DNA of 64,000 bases from Candidatus Poseidoniaceae archaeon (lineage in GTDB: Archaea; Thermoplasmatota; Poseidoniia; Poseidoniales; Poseidoniaceae), in the NCBI GenBank assembly GCA_949373095.1, contig CASIBY010000007.1:20087-84086 (forward strand), in the 5' to 3' direction. The position numbers were made by a program, and so were the translations under genes. The notes under the pieces are model-generated. The model was given only the letters and a program-made list of their open reading frames with translations. It was not told the origin of the DNA and ran no database searches. Numbering within the stretch: the stretch's first letter is position 1; each line of letters starts with the position of its first letter. Positions 10,015 to 19,870 of the stretch are shown here, piece by piece.

Positions 10015-11153
10015 AAAAACGGAGGGCGGACCACAACGGCTCGTACCGATTTGCGCGGGCTCGCAACGATGAGAACTTCATCTCCTTCCTTGACTCCATG
10101 TAGATAGCCGATACCAATCCCGAGGTTGTCTAGGCTAGGGGCTGGAGCTCCAGATGTGAGCCGGCCTACGGATTCACCTGATTCAAGAACGACTTCCTTT
10201 CCTGGACGAGGGAGAGGGCCCTTCTCGACATATTGCACACCCCACCAACGTGCATCATCTGCTGCATGGCCTACAACGCGTTGGCGTCCGATGAATTCAT
10301 GTTCAAGGTCCAGGCCAAATGGGACATTTGTTTCCCATGAATCCCTAGCGAGGAACGATGGGTCAGCCTCTTCGCTAAGCGGCGGCCAACAAAAATCCAC
10401 ACCGGAAAGGAGGAACCCTTTCTCCAGCCTCAAAGTATCACGGGCTCCTAGTCCGACTGGTGTTGCGCCAGATGCAATCAATGCCCTCCAAAGAACAGGT
10501 GCAGCTTCGTTTGGAATGAAAATCTCATATCCTGCCTCCCCTGTATAACCTGTACCTTGAATCCAGCCTGAAATCCCTAATGGATTCTCAGTTAATTCTC
10601 GCCATTTGAACCGAGCAGCATGTTGGTCGTCACCCATGACTGAAGCGAATATTTCTCTGGCCTTTGGGCCCTGAAAGGCTAAAATTGACATTTCATCAGA
10701 AAGATTCTCTAGAACTACCGAACCGTCTTCAGGGAGGTGTTTGGAAAACCAATTCCACATCACATCAATCATTGAAGCGTTGGGAACTCCAAGAAGTTCA
10801 GTCTCACTTACGACTGCGAAAATCATGTCGTCAATCAGGTGACCGTTATCGTCGAGAAAGTGAGTATAGGCGCATCGAGATGGCGTGATAGCAGTCACAC
10901 GCTGCGTAGCCAAACTTTCAAGCCATTCACGCACGTGGTCTCCTTTGAACCTGAATGAACCCATGTGTGACACATCAAATAAACCGGCAGAGCGACGGGT
11001 TTCAAGGTGCTCTTCTTTGATGTTGGAATACCAAATTGGTAGTTCAAAACCATGGAAGTCAACCATGTTTGCTTCAAGTGCGAGGTGTTCATCAAAGAGG
11101 GCGGTCCTTACAGGTGGTTGGTCGCTCATAGCCATCCGAAATCGGCCCGCCAA
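10011..11153 (-). CDS. gcvT: glycine cleavage system aminomethyltransferase T
   Basis: TALFDEHLALEANMVDFHGFELPIWY…GLFDVSHMG is the canonical GcvT N-terminus. Confidence 0.85.
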   Translation of the reverse strand: MAGRFRMAMSDQPPVRTALFDEHLALEANMVDFHGFELPIWYSNIKEEHLETRRSAGLFDVSHMGSFRFKGDHVREWLESLATQRVTAITPSRCAYTHFLDDNGHLIDDMIFAVVSETELLGVPNASMIDVMWNWFSKHLPEDGSVVLENLSDEMSILAFQGPKAREIFASVMGDDQHAARFKWRELTENPLGISGWIQGTGYTGEAGYEIFIPNEAAPVLWRALIASGATPVGLGARDTLRLEKGFLLSGVDFCWPPLSEEADPSFLARDSWETNVPFGLDLEHEFIGRQRVVGHAADDARWWGVQYVEKGPLPRPGKEVVLESGESVGRLTSGAPAPSLDNLGIGIGYLHGVKEGDEVLIVASPRKSVRAVVVRPPFF

Positions 11154-11176
11154 ATAAACATCGGTTCAGTATTCCA

Positions 11177-12607
11177 TCAATTCATTGAAGGCAAACCACG
11201 CAGGATTTCATCCCCATGACGTAGAATTGCCGCAACCAATCTATCAAGACTATCAGTGGTTACATTTTGATTTGAAATGACTGGACGAAGAATAACATCG
11301 TCACCAATATTGCTCCGGCTCACCATAAACTGACCTTCTTGAATCAGGCGATTTCTCAGTTCTCCATTGAGTTCGTTAAGGTCCATATCCGTGTCTGATG
11401 GAGCATATCTAAAACAGACATTAGTCCACATACGAGAGGACATAAGTTCCAACGAAGGATGAGCGTTGACTGAGGATTCAAGATGTGCTGCATGGTCCAT
11501 ATACTGGTCTACCATGTTCGACCAACCAGCATCTCCACGTACTCTCCATTCAAGCCATAATTTGAGTGCATCGTTACGCCTGCCGCATTGAAGCGAATAG
11601 CGTCCCAAGTCATCATACTCAGCATCATCCAAAAAGAGATAGTGAGCAACATTAGCATGGCCGCACAAGGTCCGGAGAACTTGAGGCTTCTTGATGAGGA
11701 AGGTACTACAGATCAAAGGCAAGCCCATCATTTTGTGAGCGTCCCAACAGATACTGTCTGCCTTTTGGATTCCATCCATGAGGGTGCGATGAGTGGGGGA
11801 AAACATGCAGGTTCCGCCCCAGGCTGCGTCTACATGGAACCATAGATTGTGTTCGTGGGCAATGTCTGCAATATCGTTGAGCGGGTCAAATGCACCTCTT
11901 ACGGTAGTCCCAGAGGTTGCGACAACACAAAACGGAGTTCTTCCTTCTTTGATTGTGAATTCTATTTCCTCCCGCAGGCTTTCAGGTCGCATTCGCCCGT
12001 CTTCATCGCAACGCACCTTAATCACATTCTGATGACCAATTCCAATGACATTTGCCGCCATTAGTACTGAATAGTGAGATTCAGCAGAGACGAACGCAAC
12101 CATCTTACTTCCATCAAAGCCAGTTTTGGTTGAACCCGGAATCGCATGCTCCCGAGCGCAAAGCATACCGATCATATTCCCGTTAGAGCCCCCTGTCGTC
12201 AGGGTTCCAAATCCATCAGGGAAGCCCACAATCTCGCACATTCTTTTCAGAACTGTTTGCTCGATGAGGGTGGCGATGGGTGATAGTTCAAACGTATACA
12301 TGGAATTGTTTGTAGCGGCTGCGATGATTTCGCCAGCCAGTGCAGGCAATGATAATCCACCCCAAAGTGGATTCATGAATTCTGCCCTGTGGGTCTTTAC
12401 GCTGTTTGCGATGAAGGTATCCAGGTCGTCAAGCACAGTATCCATACCTAGACCTTCGAGAGGAACTGCAACATCTAACACTCGCTTGAGCGATGCTGCT
12501 CCTTGAGCGGGATTAACCCGTTCGTTTTCATCTTTAGAATCGATATAATGGACCAAGCGACTCGCTATTTCGTTAATGAACGCCTCAGTATCCATGTTGG
12601 TCCCCAT
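11177..12607 (-). CDS. PLP-dependent group II decarboxylase (GAD/DDC/MfnA family)
   Basis: HVDAAWGG and HKMMGLPLICS (PLP-binding Lys) motifs. A length of 476 aa. Confidence 0.7.
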   Translation of the reverse strand: MGTNMDTEAFINEIASRLVHYIDSKDENERVNPAQGAASLKRVLDVAVPLEGLGMDTVLDDLDTFIANSVKTHRAEFMNPLWGGLSLPALAGEIIAAATNNSMYTFELSPIATLIEQTVLKRMCEIVGFPDGFGTLTTGGSNGNMIGMLCAREHAIPGSTKTGFDGSKMVAFVSAESHYSVLMAANVIGIGHQNVIKVRCDEDGRMRPESLREEIEFTIKEGRTPFCVVATSGTTVRGAFDPLNDIADIAHEHNLWFHVDAAWGGTCMFSPTHRTLMDGIQKADSICWDAHKMMGLPLICSTFLIKKPQVLRTLCGHANVAHYLFLDDAEYDDLGRYSLQCGRRNDALKLWLEWRVRGDAGWSNMVDQYMDHAAHLESSVNAHPSLELMSSRMWTNVCFRYAPSDTDMDLNELNGELRNRLIQEGQFMVSRSNIGDDVILRPVISNQNVTTDSLDRLVAAILRHGDEILRGLPSMN

Positions 12608-12959
12608 GCTACTGGCATCACTGGAGACTTATGAGGCTGATTGTGAAACTGGTTCAAAATAGTGTGGAAATATTCCTATTGCACGTGGTAATCCACTTGA
12701 AATCGGGGTTTTCCAAACCAACTCACGGGAGGGGATACTCTTTATGGCTAATTTAGCATTCATTATGAATAAAAGACCCATAGGATACGAATAGAGCAAT
12801 GCTAATTTGATAAAACCTATCCGATCCTAACTGGAAATAAGGGCCATCCATGATTGAATTCAACTGACAGTAAATCAAACATCAGTCGTTATGATTCACA
12901 AGTTATTTGGACAAATATCATCGGATTTGACAATCTTTTGAAGTCTTTCTCAATTCACA
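12608..12959. promoter_or_regulatory. 352-bp AT-rich divergent intergenic region (promoters for the decarboxylase and the thiR-like gene)
   Basis: The longest non-coding gap in the window, between divergently transcribed genes. AT-rich tracts such as catattattt precede the + strand gene. No riboswitch-like conservation was recognisable by eye. Confidence 0.3.
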
Positions 12960-13871
12960 TTGCATATTATTTCAGCAAGTTTGAATAAAGAAGACGTATT
13001 GGGAGAGAACATGCTGGGCACAATTGGGAACAAATGGCTGGACCGACTCCATCAACAACTTGCGAAAGAACTCCGTGCTAACGGATGGTCACAAATGGAG
13101 ATCGCAAAAGCCACAGGATCGACCCAGAGCACGGTATCTCGTCAAATCACCAAAGTAGCTCTGGAACTTGGGGCTACCGCTGATGAGGCCACCATAGACG
13201 GATGGGCGCAAGAACTTGCACATTCAATGACCCAGATGGGGAAAGAATCCGAAGTAATTCGTCAGCGACTAATCATTGAATTCCAATTCACAGGAAACCA
13301 AAATATTCGTTATGACAAAACGCTTACCGGGATGAACCTAGACGCTGATCAAGCATCTGGAGCCATATTAAGGAGACTTGAGTGGTCTGCTGGACGATTG
13401 GATTTGAAACGACTTTCATCCTACATGCCGGCCGTTGGAATGAATATGGCGGCCTGCACAAATCAAGCAACTACAATTGAAGAGGTTGCTGCATATCCTG
13501 GACGGATGACTGTTGTTGAAGGAGTATTGCGAAGACATGAAACACCAGTATTTGGAGCCTCAAATCATCTAGCAAATCTCCTCATGCGTGTGCGTGACGT
13601 TGACAGCAGTAAAACTGCAATTCTGAATTTGCGCCCCCCTATGGTTGATGGAATGGTAGACCAGGGCGACCTTGATTACATTTCTGATGAACTCGGGTTT
13701 GAATTGGGATTAGCACCAAAAGGAGAATTGCAAGACCAACAAGGAACCCTTGACATCCTCATTGATGAAGGTGCTTTTGGCTGGGAGCCATCATTGTACA
13801 TCCTAGCAACAACTACGACAGAGCTCGTGGAACGTTGCCACGTCATCATTGACGCTATGAACACGGAGTGA
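12960..13871 (+). CDS. HTH transcriptional regulator with a C-terminal ThiN-like domain (ThiR-like thiamine regulator), tentative
   Basis: N-terminal HTH (…ANGWSQMEIAKATGSTQSTVSRQI…) and a C-terminal domain resembling archaeal ThiN. It sits immediately upstream of a thiBPQ-like transporter. Confidence 0.4.
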   Translation: MHIISASLNKEDVLGENMLGTIGNKWLDRLHQQLAKELRANGWSQMEIAKATGSTQSTVSRQITKVALELGATADEATIDGWAQELAHSMTQMGKESEVIRQRLIIEFQFTGNQNIRYDKTLTGMNLDADQASGAILRRLEWSAGRLDLKRLSSYMPAVGMNMAACTNQATTIEEVAAYPGRMTVVEGVLRRHETPVFGASNHLANLLMRVRDVDSSKTAILNLRPPMVDGMVDQGDLDYISDELGFELGLAPKGELQDQQGTLDILIDEGAFGWEPSLYILATTTTELVERCHVIIDAMNTE

Positions 13872-13877
13872 ACTGAC

Positions 13878-14996
13878 ATGAAATCACGTGTATTGCCCTT
13901 GATGCTACTGCTCTTGTTCGCCCCATTGAGTGGATGCTTGGAACCTGCAACAAACACTAATGACGGTTGTACGGTCCTAGAAACAAGTACCTCAAATTCA
14001 TCAACAGTTCGAATCCTAACATATGATATCACTGCCTTTTCTCAGTCCATGCTTGATGAATTTACCAATAGTACCGGTTACGAGGTAGAACTCATTCGTG
14101 CCGATGATGCTGGAGGAATTCTTGAACAAATGTTGCAAACCCAAGGAACCCCGCAATCGGATTTGGCTGTTGGGCTCGACAATACCTATCTTCAGACTGC
14201 CCTTGACTTTTGCCTGCTTCAACCTCACTCAACAGTAGCTCCATCGCTTGATTCGTCAGCCATGGAACCGTATTCCGGTACGTACGCTCTGCCCTTTGAC
14301 CAGGGAGACGTATGCCTCAATGTAGATGAAAATGGTCTAAACGAAACCGAGCGAACATTCCCTGAAGATTTGTGGGAACTTACCGGTCCAGAGTGGAACG
14401 GTAAAACCTCCTTTCCATCCCCCGTAACCTCTTCGCCAGGCAGGGCGTTCATGATTGCCACAATAGACTACTTTGAACATGATGAGAACGAAACTACCAA
14501 TGCTTTTGATTGGTGGAAAGCCATGGCTGACAATGATGCACGTTTCACTTCAGGCTGGACTGAGGCATATGAGATTCACTATTCTGGAGGATACGGTGAA
14601 TGGACTGAGGGCCATATTGGTGACTCGCTCCTCACTGTATCATATTGTCATTCCCCTGGAGTTGAAGCATACTTCAGCGGCAACAGCACCCACTCCACCT
14701 CAATTACCCTTGAGCGCTCCACCTTCCACCAAGTTGAATACGCAGCCCTAACAAACGGAGCCACTAATGTCAACGGAGCCAATGCCTTCCTTGACTATCT
14801 TCTTTCTGAAGATGTCAATCGTAACATGCCTGAAAACAATTTGATGCTCTCTGTCCTCCAAAACCCGACCTTCCCCGATACTGATGGTTACAGTTGGCAC
14901 ACAGACACACCCACAATGAATGCAAATGTCTCGATGGAACAGATAGCTCAAGACATGGAAACCTGGCTGAGTCAATGGCAGACCGCAACCCAGTGA
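13878..14996 (+). CDS. ABC transporter substrate-binding lipoprotein (thiamine/Fe3+ ThiB family-like)
   Basis: Lipoprotein signal MKSRVLPLMLLLLFAPLSGC. It is followed directly by a two-domain permease and an ATPase. Confidence 0.55.
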   Translation: MKSRVLPLMLLLLFAPLSGCLEPATNTNDGCTVLETSTSNSSTVRILTYDITAFSQSMLDEFTNSTGYEVELIRADDAGGILEQMLQTQGTPQSDLAVGLDNTYLQTALDFCLLQPHSTVAPSLDSSAMEPYSGTYALPFDQGDVCLNVDENGLNETERTFPEDLWELTGPEWNGKTSFPSPVTSSPGRAFMIATIDYFEHDENETTNAFDWWKAMADNDARFTSGWTEAYEIHYSGGYGEWTEGHIGDSLLTVSYCHSPGVEAYFSGNSTHSTSITLERSTFHQVEYAALTNGATNVNGANAFLDYLLSEDVNRNMPENNLMLSVLQNPTFPDTDGYSWHTDTPTMNANVSMEQIAQDMETWLSQWQTATQ

Positions 14997-15005
14997 GATG
15001 AACCT

Positions 15006-16778
15006 ATGGCGTTGAAGCAACGCAATACTGTCAAAGCTAATGCAATCCATACTGCTCAATGGCTTACTCTAATTTGTGTCATTGTTATTGGAACCGTGCC
15101 CCTAGTTCTCGCTATCCTTCGCCTCTGGAGCGTAACACAAGTCTCCCCCTTGGAGGCGTTACGCCAATTCCCAGAGCAAATCGGTGCGATGGATGCACTC
15201 CGCTTCACCCTCATCGAGGCACTTCTATCAACGATCCTCACTGTCGTTCTTGGCCTCCCCGTTGCATGGTCCTTGGGACGATATCAGTGGCGAGGGATTC
15301 GTTCAAAGCGAGCCCTGTTCTATCTTCCTTTTGTCACTCCACCGATTGTCGCTGCAGCTGGTTTCCTCGCTCTAATCTCACCAGGTGGGCTCTTCAGTTC
15401 ATTTGGATTAGACTTACGGGGCGAAACTGGATTCATTGGTTGGCTTGCCGAAACCACCGGATGGCAACACCCAGGACACATGATCGCTCTTATCCTCGCA
15501 CATGCTTGGTTCAATCTATCACTGATGATTCGCTTTGTTGAACCCGTCATCGCTCAACTCAATCCAACATGGGAGGAGCAACTTATGATGCTCCCAAAAG
15601 GCCAATCCGCTTCGGGGCGTTTACGCCATCTCTGGTTGCCCGTTCTTGGACCTAGTGTGGCTGTTGCTGCAACGTATGCATTCTTTTTCTCTTTCACTTC
15701 TTTCGCACTGGTCAAATGGTTAACACCCGACTTCAACACACTCGAATCATTGCTTGCAGACCTTGGAGGGTCAGCGGGCATCTACAATTACAGAGTTGAT
15801 ACGAGTCTTGGCGTACTGGCAATTGCTGGATTACAAGCTCTTCTAATGCTAACACTCCTCGCTGGTGCGGGTTTCCTTGAGCGAAAACATACCATGACGA
15901 TTTCAATTCACGAGGAGCATACAAACCGCAAGAAACGTGGAACTCCTCCATTGAAGTTACGATTCGTCGTCTATTCATTGCTAGTTGCGAGTATGCTTCC
16001 CTTCGTCTCTGTCGTCGTTGCGTCGTTTAGAAAACGGGGGACCTCGCAGAACGGCACGACCGAATTTAATTGGACGCTTGAGGGATGGCATCGTGCTTGG
16101 GCGGGAGACTCCTCAACGCTTACACTCCTAGAAGCGCTTCAAAATTCGCTTGCCTACGCAGGCCTTACATTGGTGATTGCTCTTCCAATCGGCTACGTTC
16201 TTGCATCCATGTTTCACCGACTTGAAAAAAGCGGAAAGAAACGTTTGGCTTCAATTCTTGACACACTCTGTATGATTCCCCTCTCTGCCTCGGCAGTAAT
16301 GATTGGACTTGGGGTTGTTCTTGGCCTCCTGAGATGGTATCCTGAACTCTTCATGTACCGCTACTTACCAGTGTTGCCTCACGTGATGTTGGTCTTACCT
16401 TTCCTTGTCCGAATGCTACGTCCTGCATTTTCAAGAATTGAACCAGCCTTTGAGGAGCAAGTACGTCTTCTCAGCCTCCCTCCTCTCCAATCATGGTGGC
16501 ATAGCAAAGGAGCCTCAATGGTGGCGCCACTTACAATGGCGGCATCACTCTGTCTGGCCTTTTCACTTGGGGAATTTGGAGCGACTTACCTCCTAATCCG
16601 AGTAGGTTCATGGGATTCGCTATCAATTATGGTCGACCAGTTGCTAGGTCGGCCCAAATTCGACCCACTCATTATGCCTACAGCAATGGCTGTTGCAGCC
16701 TCATTAATGCTAACAACTTTGTTCGTATTATGGCTGAGTGAACAATTTCGAATGAAGCATGGTGATGCAAATGATTGA
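15006..16778 (+). CDS. ABC transporter permease, fused two-domain (ThiP-like)
   Basis: 590 aa with about 12 TM helices and two MetI-like permease domains. Confidence 0.65.
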   Translation: MALKQRNTVKANAIHTAQWLTLICVIVIGTVPLVLAILRLWSVTQVSPLEALRQFPEQIGAMDALRFTLIEALLSTILTVVLGLPVAWSLGRYQWRGIRSKRALFYLPFVTPPIVAAAGFLALISPGGLFSSFGLDLRGETGFIGWLAETTGWQHPGHMIALILAHAWFNLSLMIRFVEPVIAQLNPTWEEQLMMLPKGQSASGRLRHLWLPVLGPSVAVAATYAFFFSFTSFALVKWLTPDFNTLESLLADLGGSAGIYNYRVDTSLGVLAIAGLQALLMLTLLAGAGFLERKHTMTISIHEEHTNRKKRGTPPLKLRFVVYSLLVASMLPFVSVVVASFRKRGTSQNGTTEFNWTLEGWHRAWAGDSSTLTLLEALQNSLAYAGLTLVIALPIGYVLASMFHRLEKSGKKRLASILDTLCMIPLSASAVMIGLGVVLGLLRWYPELFMYRYLPVLPHVMLVLPFLVRMLRPAFSRIEPAFEEQVRLLSLPPLQSWWHSKGASMVAPLTMAASLCLAFSLGEFGATYLLIRVGSWDSLSIMVDQLLGRPKFDPLIMPTAMAVAASLMLTTLFVLWLSEQFRMKHGDAND

Positions 16779-17457
16779 ACTAAAGAATTTGACAAAAACA
16801 TACGATGAACGAACCCTGTTTGACGGGCTGAACCTTCGCTGTGAGGAAGGAGAGATCGTCTCTATACTCGGCCCTAGTGGTTGTGGAAAGAGCACCTTAT
16901 TGCGTATTTGTTGCGGCTTGATTGAGGCCGATGCTGGTGAACGTTGGACCAATGATGGCCTTATTGAAAACGGTGTGATTTCACCAGCAATCGCCATGCT
17001 ATTTCAGCAACCGGTTCTATTCCCCCACCTCAATGTTGGAAGGAATATAGGGCTTGGGGGGGGAAACGAGATGTCCAAAGATGAACTCAGCAGACAAGTC
17101 TCAGCAGTATTGAATTTTGTAGACATGCCCGGGACTGAAGGAAAAAACATTACAACATTATCTGGTGGTGAGGCACAACGTGTTGCTTTTGCACGTGCAT
17201 TATTACAATCACCAGACATTATGTTACTCGATGAGCCCTTTGCATCTCTTGGTTTGGAGCAACGACACCGGCTGGCACGAGATACACGAAAGCGTTTGAA
17301 ATCTCGGGGCATTACAACCATTCATGTCACCCATGATGAAGATGAAGCAGGGATATTGGCAGACCGTGTGATTTCTTGGAAAGAACTTCATTCATCATCC
17401 CAAACCATACCAACTCCTATGAAGGAGGATGGACAACCAATGGATAGTGAGGAATGA
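16759..17457 (+). CDS. ABC transporter ATP-binding protein (ThiQ-like, 232 aa)
   Basis: Walker A GPSGCGKST, signature LSGGEAQRVAFARAL, Walker B LLDEP. Confidence 0.8.
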   Translation: MVMQMIELKNLTKTYDERTLFDGLNLRCEEGEIVSILGPSGCGKSTLLRICCGLIEADAGERWTNDGLIENGVISPAIAMLFQQPVLFPHLNVGRNIGLGGGNEMSKDELSRQVSAVLNFVDMPGTEGKNITTLSGGEAQRVAFARALLQSPDIMLLDEPFASLGLEQRHRLARDTRKRLKSRGITTIHVTHDEDEAGILADRVISWKELHSSSQTIPTPMKEDGQPMDSEE

Positions 17458-17978
17458 TGATAGGAACACCGGCTGATATCATCAAGTACACACGCGCTGT
17501 ACAAATCCTTCTCAACGGATACGGCGGGTATAAGAAAGGAAAACGAGTTGAAACTGACAAACAAATCCGAGATGAAATCGTTCTTACTACGATTCGTGTA
17601 CGGCAACACATGCAAAACATTCACGACCGATCGGTAGATGATGATGACTTGAAAATTGTGCGAAATGCACGGGCATGCATGCAAGAGATTGATGCGCTCA
17701 TCGAGGATGTTGACAAATCTTCATCTGGAACCCAAAATGCATTCTTTTCGGGCCAACGAACGGTCTCAAATAAGGATTTGAAAGCATTGATCGTTCACGA
17801 CCATGAAGTGATTGAAATGGTTACAAACGCAGTTAATCTTTCAAACGACTCTGAACGAGCACAACAACAAGGAAGCGATGAACTGACATCGGTCATTCAG
17901 CGCTGCCAGCAAATGATTTCAAGCTGTAGAGGGTTCTACAGCCAACGTTCAACACTCTTGAATGGACTCAACAGTTAG
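17454..17978 (+). CDS. hypothetical protein
   Basis: A 174-aa ORF whose stop overlaps the next gene's start, suggesting an operon. No recognisable family. Confidence 0.4.
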   Translation: MMIGTPADIIKYTRAVQILLNGYGGYKKGKRVETDKQIRDEIVLTTIRVRQHMQNIHDRSVDDDDLKIVRNARACMQEIDALIEDVDKSSSGTQNAFFSGQRTVSNKDLKALIVHDHEVIEMVTNAVNLSNDSERAQQQGSDELTSVIQRCQQMISSCRGFYSQRSTLLNGLNS

Positions 17979-19137
17979 AGGGGATATTATGACGACATTT
18001 AGATGGAGAGACAGCCCAGAAACAATTGCACGCTTAGTGAAAACCGAGACCATTAAGACTTGGAAAACAAGTGATGTAACTCTCAATCCTAACGAAGCAT
18101 GTGCCTTCATTGAAGACGGTAAGATTGGAGATGTTCTAAGCGAGGAAGTCGTTCGCAACATCGGCGGCGGATTCGCTCGGTTCATGGGAGATTTTCTCGG
18201 ACGGAAGGCTAAGGACCGCCGTATGCTCTTTGCGATGACGGGACCAATGGACATCAGCGTACCGTTTATTCATCCACTTGGGGACGGGCAAACTGCGAAA
18301 GGTGTAGCGCAATTCCGACTGCAAATTCGCAAGGGTGATATCCCCAAGCTGCTCAATCTCTTCGCCAATCGGTCACCGGTTCTTGACCGCGTCAACCTAT
18401 CTCTTATCATCGGACAAGAAGCGTCTCACCGTGTAATAGCTCCAAGCCTTTCATCAGTTGAAACGCTTCAACAACTGAGGGGATTTGAACTTCAAGAGAG
18501 GTTTCAAATGCGCAGCGACAAGGAACTTCGTCCGCTTCTCCAGGCCATGGGGTTGACCATGCTAAGCGCCATGCTAATTACCCATCAAACAGACCTCGAG
18601 CGTCTTTCTGCACTCCAACATAGCCTAAGAGCGGCGACGGATACAGAAGGCGCCCAAGCCGAAGCCGAGGTTCAACGACTTGCTCACCGTGAATCGGTGA
18701 CTCTACGACGTATCGAATGTGAGATGAACATTCAACGTGGAAAGGCAAAGGGTCAAGTTATGATTGAAGTTGAGCAAGAACTCCATGAGTTACGGAAACA
18801 GGAAGCCGTATGGGAAGCAGAATTGAAACGGGACCATGCACGAGCAGAACTTGATGCGAAGAAAATGGAAGACAAGACGGCCGTAGCCATGTCTTTGTTC
18901 AATGAAGTCCAAGAACGGAAAAAAGATCGAATGAAAACTTCCAATGACCTCCAAGAATCCATGATGCGTCTTGCTGCTGAGAACGGCGCTCTAACACCTG
19001 AAGTGATGCAAGAATTCCTCCGTCAACAGGGTGGACAAGCACCCCCTGCAGTACCTCACCCTTGCCCTTCATGCCAGCAAATCGTCCAGCCCGAATGGAA
19101 TGTTTGCCCGCACTGTGGAGCAGGACAACAAGGGTGA
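17962..19137 (+). CDS. SPFH/band-7 (flotillin-like) domain protein with a coiled coil and a C-terminal zinc ribbon
   Basis: An SPFH-like core (LNPNEACAFIEDGKIGDVL… SLIIGQEASHRV…), a long charged helical region, and a C-terminal CPSCQQ…CPHCG motif. Confidence 0.45.
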   Translation: MDSTVRGDIMTTFRWRDSPETIARLVKTETIKTWKTSDVTLNPNEACAFIEDGKIGDVLSEEVVRNIGGGFARFMGDFLGRKAKDRRMLFAMTGPMDISVPFIHPLGDGQTAKGVAQFRLQIRKGDIPKLLNLFANRSPVLDRVNLSLIIGQEASHRVIAPSLSSVETLQQLRGFELQERFQMRSDKELRPLLQAMGLTMLSAMLITHQTDLERLSALQHSLRAATDTEGAQAEAEVQRLAHRESVTLRRIECEMNIQRGKAKGQVMIEVEQELHELRKQEAVWEAELKRDHARAELDAKKMEDKTAVAMSLFNEVQERKKDRMKTSNDLQESMMRLAAENGALTPEVMQEFLRQQGGQAPPAVPHPCPSCQQIVQPEWNVCPHCGAGQQG

Positions 19138-19870
19138 GGCCGTGGTAAAGGGCGTAGCCACATCATCGTGGGTCATTCTCAAGAGATGGTTTCCAAACTA
19201 TTCCTCATGGTCACGGCCCCGAACTGCTTTGTTTCTACTTTGTATCTATCTCTTAACAGCAGCCACTCCGTACATTCTCACGAATCAGATTGCGGCCTGG
19301 AGGGATGTCTCTCTGTTCAATCCTGAAAATTTCATTGATGACATGATACCCTATATGCCTTGGACCATCGTGTTCTACTTTTCTTTCTACCTTTACTTCC
19401 CCATCGTTGCCTGGTACGGTTCTGGAGAAGGGGAACGAAGATTAGAGGGATTTATGTTCCACATTTACCTAACACTTTCCACATGGTTGGCTTGTGTTTT
19501 GTTCATTGCCACCCCCGTGAAAGTGAATCTGCGCCATCAAGTCAGCTTTGGTGATGGTCTCTTTGATCCATTTCTCGCGTCGCTTCACGATGCCGACCCA
19601 CCGTTCAATTCATGGCCGTCTCTCCATGTATTTCAGAGTCTACTCATCATCCTTGTCATGCGTCGATGGATGATGAAGGACAAAAAGTGGACCAAAATTC
19701 ATTCAATCATCGTTGGAATATGTTGGAGCCTTCTGGTCCTCTCGACCATGGGGATCAAGCAGCATTACATGTTTGACGCCGTAACCGGCATAATGTTTGC
19801 AATCGGTGCGTGGTACTTTTGTGTTCGAAGACTCAACCAAGCAAAGCGCCCACTGATTGAGGGTTTGTGA
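19031..19870 (+). CDS. PAP2-superfamily membrane phosphatase
   Basis: PSLHV (PSGH-like) and HYMFDAVTG (HxxxD) motifs with multiple TM helices. The likely start is a GTG at ~19142, 5 bp after the upstream stop. Confidence 0.55.
   Translation: MDKHPLQYLTLALHASKSSSPNGMFARTVEQDNKGEAVVKGVATSSWVILKRWFPNYSSWSRPRTALFLLCIYLLTAATPYILTNQIAAWRDVSLFNPENFIDDMIPYMPWTIVFYFSFYLYFPIVAWYGSGEGERRLEGFMFHIYLTLSTWLACVLFIATPVKVNLRHQVSFGDGLFDPFLASLHDADPPFNSWPSLHVFQSLLIILVMRRWMMKDKKWTKIHSIIVGICWSLLVLSTMGIKQHYMFDAVTGIMFAIGAWYFCVRRLNQAKRPLIEGL

Noticed and set aside
12608-12959. TPP riboswitch upstream of the thi transporter cluster
   Set aside because: The conserved CUGAGA and ACCUGAUCUGGAUAAUACCAGCG-like elements of a TPP riboswitch could not be recognised by eye. 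The presence of a ThiR-like protein regulator makes a riboswitch unnecessary. An Infernal scan would be decisive.
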